Source: Dehalococcoidia bacterium (lineage in GTDB: Bacteria; Chloroflexota; Dehalococcoidia; Lucifugimonadales; SAR202-VII-2). Taken from it: a DNA stretch of 64,000 nucleotides. The stretch is from the NCBI GenBank assembly GCA_965263165.1, contig OZ253584.1:2560747-2624746 (forward strand), given 5' to 3'. The notes under the pieces are model-generated. The model made no database searches, was not told the origin of the DNA, and worked only from the letters and a program-made list of their open reading frames with translations. A program made the position numbers and the translations under genes. Shown piece by piece: positions 59,842 to 64,000 of the stretch (the stretch's first letter is position 1; the number at the start of each line of letters is the position of its first letter).

Positions 59842-60954
59842 TCACTTCCACGGCATGACCGAAACGTGGATGGCGCCGGGGGCCCCCACCCCGCCAACGG
59901 ACTTGATGGCGTAGTCCAACTCGGTCAGGCCGAAGGAGTGGGTCGTCATCAGGTCGAGGGGGAAGCGCCCGGAACCCAGATGCTGAAGGGCCAGCTCCAC
60001 CGACCGGTAGGAATGGCCCCTTGCCGCCTTGAGAGTCATGCCCTTCCTGCTGATCCTGCCCATTGGGAAGGAGGCGAAGTCAGCGTCGCCCTCAGACTGC
60101 ACAACCATGGTGGCGGCCCGGCGCTTGGCCGCCTCGATCGCAAGTAGCGTCGGCGCGGTCCCCGCTCCCGACGTGCAATCGAGGGCCACATCCACGCCGC
60201 GCCCGCCGGTGATCTCCCTAATGCGCTCCAGGGGGTCCTCCGTCTCGACGTCGATGACGTCGTCAGCGCCCAAGGCTTTGGCTACTTCCAGGCGCCGAGC
60301 GTCTCTGGATGTCCCGGTCATGATGATGCGAGCGGCGCCTGCCTGCTTGGCGGCCATGACGCAGCACAGCCCCTGTTGGCCCGGCCCCTGAATGAGAACC
60401 GTGGACGCATACCCAACGCCGCCATCGAACAGGGCCCACTGGATTCCGTTGGCCATGGGAGTCCCTATGCCCGCCCTTTCCGGCGTCAGCCCATCAGGGA
60501 CGTTGTGGATAACCGCGTTGTGCGGCAGGTACAGATAGCGGCTGAAGCCGCCCCACAGTCCCGGAGCGATGTCTATGGGAGTGTAGCCGTACCTGATGGC
60601 CTGGGGGTCGTAGAACCAGTCGGTGGCGGGGCAATGACGGTAGTCGCCTTGGTGGTCCCACTCGCAGTTGCCGCAAGGCAGATAGTGCTCCAAGAAGACC
60701 AGGTCGCCCTCCTTGACGCCCTTGCGCTCGGCAAATGCCCTGCCCACCTTGGCGAGGTAGCCCACGTTCTCGTGCCCCATGATGATGGGGCCGCCCCTCA
60801 AAGGCTTGGGGTACTGGCTGACGTCGGTGCCGCAGACGCCGGCCACTTCCACCTTCAGCAACGCGCCGTCGGCGGGGATGTCGGGAAGGTCCACCTCCCT
60901 TAGCTCCAATTCCCCGGGGCCCACCTTCAACGAGGCCAGTGTCTTCTCCGCCAC
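59842..60954 (-). CDS. Zn-dependent medium-chain dehydrogenase
   Basis: CGTD, GHE, CGNC, GPGQQG. Confidence 0.88.
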   Translation of the reverse strand: MAEKTLASLKVGPGELELREVDLPDIPADGALLKVEVAGVCGTDVSQYPKPLRGGPIIMGHENVGYLAKVGRAFAERKGVKEGDLVFLEHYLPCGNCEWDHQGDYRHCPATDWFYDPQAIRYGYTPIDIAPGLWGGFSRYLYLPHNAVIHNVPDGLTPERAGIGTPMANGIQWALFDGGVGYASTVLIQGPGQQGLCCVMAAKQAGAARIIMTGTSRDARRLEVAKALGADDVIDVETEDPLERIREITGGRGVDVALDCTSGAGTAPTLLAIEAAKRRAATMVVQSEGDADFASFPMGRISRKGMTLKAARGHSYRSVELALQHLGSGRFPLDLMTTHSFGLTELDYAIKSVGGVGAPGAIHVSVMPWK

Positions 60955-61207
60955 GCAGTCACCTCCAGAGCGGTTTCCTGCTTCGGAACACGCATTGCGG
61001 TTGGGGTCATCAACCCTGGCGCGAGCTTATTGCCCACCTCACGCGCCCGTCAATGTTCTCCCCGTTCTCCTGCTCGGAGCATGTGTGGCCGGCGCAGAAC
61101 GCGCGGCGGCGTTTGGCCAAATGGCGAGGATGCGTCGTTGTTGACCCTCGCGGCCCGCTGCCCCATGATGAAGCGCAGCCTGTCGCCCGCGCCTGGGATG
61201 AGGAGCT

Positions 61208-62188
61208 ATGGCCGACCTCGTTTTGACGTTTGCCCTGACACATCGGTGGGACCGCATCCAACCCCTGATAACGGGTGAAGTCAAGCCCAGAGACATCACC
61301 CTCCAGTACGTCCAGGTTGCCACCGGCAAGCTGTGGGAAGCCCAGTTGTTGGAGCAAGCCTACGACGTGTCCGAGATGTCGTTCTCGTTCACGCTTCAGG
61401 CCATCCCATTGGGCTGGGATTATCGTGTGCTGCCGGTCTTTCACAACAGGACCTTCTCCTACGTCAACACGCTGGTCAGGTTGGATTCCGGCATCCGGCC
61501 GGGCTACCCAGGCGACCTGAAGGGCAAGCGCGTAGGCGTAGTGGACTACACGATGACGGCGGCTCTCTGGGCCCGCGGGATTCTGCACCATGAGTTCGGC
61601 ATTGCGCCCCAGGACGTGGAATGGTTCCAGGGCCGCGCCTTCCCCTCCATTCCTGGACAGTCCGAGCCGCTGGCGCCTATCGAGGGTTTGGTGGTGCAAC
61701 CTCCGCCCAACGACATCAACGCAATGCTGGCGGCGGGCCAGTTGGACGCCATCTTCAGCGTATTCCCCGTCACCGAGAGCACGCTGTCGGACAGGCGCCG
61801 CTTCTCGTCGCTGTTTCCCGACGGCCAGGCGGAGGCCGAGCGCTACTTCACCAACACTGGCATCTTCCCGGCCCACCACGCCACCATCGTGCGGCAGAGC
61901 CTGCTGCAACAGCACCCCTGGATCGCCGAAAGCCTGCTGGAGGCCTTCACGGAAGCCCAGCGGCTGGCGATGGAGCAGACCCTCTATGAGCCGCCATCGG
62001 TCCTCATCTTCGCTCAGGACCAATTGGAGCGGCAGCGGCGGGTGTTTGGCGAGAACCCCTACGAGTATGGGGTCAAAGCCAACGCCGCGGTGGTTGACCT
62101 GGTGCAGACATTTGGGGTGGAACATGGCATTACGCCGTACAAGCTGCCATTCGAGGAGTTCTTCGCCGAGGGGATACTTGGGAGCTGA
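61208..62188 (+). CDS. PhtD-like decarboxylase / substrate-binding fold protein (second paralogue)
   Basis: SEMS, LPVFHNR, DLKGKRVG, IFPAHH. Confidence 0.8.
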   Translation: MADLVLTFALTHRWDRIQPLITGEVKPRDITLQYVQVATGKLWEAQLLEQAYDVSEMSFSFTLQAIPLGWDYRVLPVFHNRTFSYVNTLVRLDSGIRPGYPGDLKGKRVGVVDYTMTAALWARGILHHEFGIAPQDVEWFQGRAFPSIPGQSEPLAPIEGLVVQPPPNDINAMLAAGQLDAIFSVFPVTESTLSDRRRFSSLFPDGQAEAERYFTNTGIFPAHHATIVRQSLLQQHPWIAESLLEAFTEAQRLAMEQTLYEPPSVLIFAQDQLERQRRVFGENPYEYGVKANAAVVDLVQTFGVEHGITPYKLPFEEFFAEGILGS

Positions 62189-62259
62189 TTCGCCTGCTCG
62201 CTCAACGGTCGTCTGGCCATTGCATGGCCGTGGCGCCGACGCGTGGCTCGGGGGTGTAA

Positions 62260-62475
62260 ATGTGCAGAAGCATCAAGGTGCTGCGGCAGCCTGCGGGCGT
62301 CGCCACGGAAGACGAGATTCGATCGGCTGCTCTGCAGTTCGTCAGAAAGGTCAGCGGCTACCGGAAGCCCTCCCGCGCCAACGAAGCGGCCTTCGACGGA
62401 GCGGTTGAGGACGTGGCCTTGGCGGCCCGCAGGCTGCTCCACTCCCTCGCCGCGCCCACGAGCTCAGTCTCTTAG
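62260..62475 (+). CDS. DUF2277 family small protein
   Basis: MCRSIKVL...AALQFVRKVSGY..PS.AN..AF. Confidence 0.85.
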   Translation: MCRSIKVLRQPAGVATEDEIRSAALQFVRKVSGYRKPSRANEAAFDGAVEDVALAARRLLHSLAAPTSSVS

Positions 62476-62542
62476 GGATCCTCTGAACAAGCCTGCAGGA
62501 AGGCGCCGCGCATCAGGCGCCTTCCGCTGCTCGGGGTATCCT

Positions 62543-62577
62543 CCCATCCCTGCCCCCGAGTGCGGAGGCAGGTTGGG
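62543..62577. repeat. REP-like family A copy
   Basis: cccatccctgcccccgagtgcggaggcaggttggg. Confidence 0.6.
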
Positions 62578-62621
62578 AAGCGTCTTACCCCGCCCCGCTT
62601 CCACGCCGCCACCCCGCCTAC

Positions 62622-62650
62622 TTGCAAAATACGAACGATTGTGCTAGAGT
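62622..62650 (+). promoter_or_regulatory. sigma70-type promoter pointing into the IS
   Basis: TTGCAA-17nt-TAGAGT with extended TG. Confidence 0.6.
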
Positions 62651-62865
62651 ATCGTCAAGATGCTCAAGTATCACCATGAAGCGGGCTGCCGCTCCACTCC
62701 GTTCCTGGCGCCGGACTACCCCTCTGCGACGGCTACACTACGGCTACGCGACAGTTCTGTGCCTGGCGCCCCCAACATTCGGCTGATGAGAGTAGCCAAC
62801 ATACAACATGCAATCAAAGACCGAACCTTCTCCCGGTGAATTCCCCCGTCCCTTCCCCCGGGTAC

Positions 62866-64000
62866 GAGACCTTTGCATAACCTCTTTCTGGTCAGGCACA
62901 ATCAGCACGGAGAGCCAACGCCAAGGAGGGGAAGCCATGCACCGGACGATACGTGGACAGTCGTTCATTGAGGTGCTTCTCCCGGACCGAGTCGGACGGA
63001 ACGGGAAGTTGGAGCGGCTCGAGGCGATGCTGGACTGGAAGGAGTTGGCCAACGTGGTCAAGGGCATCTATGCCGCCCCGTCAGGCCGTCCGAGCTATCC
63101 GCCGGTGGTGATGGTCAAGGTCATGGTGCTCCAGCAGTGGTATGACGCTTCCGACGAAGCGATCGAGGAAGCGCTGTGGGACCGGGTCTCGTTCAAGCGG
63201 TTCGTGGGGCTTGGCCTGGAGGACGCCGTCCCCGACCACTCGACGATCAGCCGCTTCCGCAGGGAAGTGACGGAGCGGGGTTTGGCCCTGCGACTGTTCA
63301 AGGAGATGGACCGGCAATTGGCGCAGCGCAACCTCTTCGTGAAGAAGGGGACGCTCCTCGATGCGACCATCGTGGAGGCGCAGGCGAAGCGTCCTTCGCT
63401 GCGAGGGAGGCGGCCGGGAGCGCCGAGCGAGACCGACCCCGATGCGCGGTTCACGCGCCAGCGGGGGGTGTCGCAGTTCGGCTACAAGGCGCACGTGGGG
63501 GTGGATGCAGGGTCAGGGCTGATCCGGGAGGCGGTGCTGACGCCGGCCAACGTGAACGATACGGAAGTGGCGGAGGCGTTGGTGAGGGGAGATGAGGCGG
63601 CGGTGTATGCGGACAAGGCCTACGGGTCGAAGCAGCGGAGTGCCTGGCTCAAGTCCCTGGGCATCAAGGACCGGATCATGCGGCGGGCGGACAAGCATCA
63701 TCCGGTGCTGCCGCCGTGGGAGCAGCGGCGGAACGCACTGATAGCACAGCAGCGGTCGGCGGTGGAGAAGGTGTTTGGGACGCTGAAGCGGACCTACGGC
63801 TACCGGCGGGTGCGGTACATGGGGCTAGCGCGGAACGCCACGGAGCTGTTCTTCAAATGTGCGGCATACAACCTGCGGCGGGCGGACCGTCTTCTGCTGG
63901 ATGCCGCCTGACCGCCGGGGGCGGCGTGTGCCCGCAGGGGGTGGAAGCGCCCGGGAAGCCCTGAGAAGTCAGGGAGACCGGGGAGGAGAGCCAGGCCGCA
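62866..64000 (+). mobile_element. IS5-family element, second copy (right end beyond the window)
   Basis: Left IR GAGACCTTTGCATAA preceded by cccccgggTAC; near-identical to 2892-4108. Confidence 0.95.
62937..63911 (+). CDS. IS5-family transposase (324 aa)
   Basis: Same protein sequence as 3063-4037. Confidence 0.95.
   Translation: MHRTIRGQSFIEVLLPDRVGRNGKLERLEAMLDWKELANVVKGIYAAPSGRPSYPPVVMVKVMVLQQWYDASDEAIEEALWDRVSFKRFVGLGLEDAVPDHSTISRFRREVTERGLALRLFKEMDRQLAQRNLFVKKGTLLDATIVEAQAKRPSLRGRRPGAPSETDPDARFTRQRGVSQFGYKAHVGVDAGSGLIREAVLTPANVNDTEVAEALVRGDEAAVYADKAYGSKQRSAWLKSLGIKDRIMRRADKHHPVLPPWEQRRNALIAQQRSAVEKVFGTLKRTYGYRRVRYMGLARNATELFFKCAAYNLRRADRLLLDAA

Noticed and set aside
62808-62936. N-terminally extended 367-aa transposase
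   Set aside because: The extension starts outside the IS left end; the true start with an AAGGAGG RBS is 62937, matching copy 1.

Overview
High-GC bacterial chromosome segment whose gene content and sequences fit Chloroflexota (Dehalococcoidia/SAR202-like; inference). The core is a ~22.5 kb str-S10-spc-alpha-L13/S9 ribosomal superoperon (13748-36200). It lacks tuf, and several of its proteins (uL4, uS3, uS17, uL5, uS5, RpoA, uL13) carry long Ala/Glu/Pro-rich extensions; uS17 has 18 tandem 48-bp (16-aa) acidic repeats. The left arm holds a DNA methyltransferase with an in-frame TGA, hflX, dapL, dapF, miaA, a Sec-encoding selD, tcuA, a group II intron 3' remnant, IS remnants, candidate structured RNAs and REP-like repeat families. 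The right arm holds a catalytically degenerate DXR homologue, ADH/SDR genes, an in-frame cytochrome c-PspA fusion ORF with pspAA, a duplicated tRNA-Leu(TAG) plus promoter with two EEP nucleases and a solute-binding protein, and an aromatic-catabolism-like cluster (Rieske oxygenase, two PhtD-like genes, divergent PanB, hydrolase, MFS). Two near-identical IS5 copies in inverted orientation bracket the window. Both are inserted at the GTAC centre of the same palindromic REP-like repeat.
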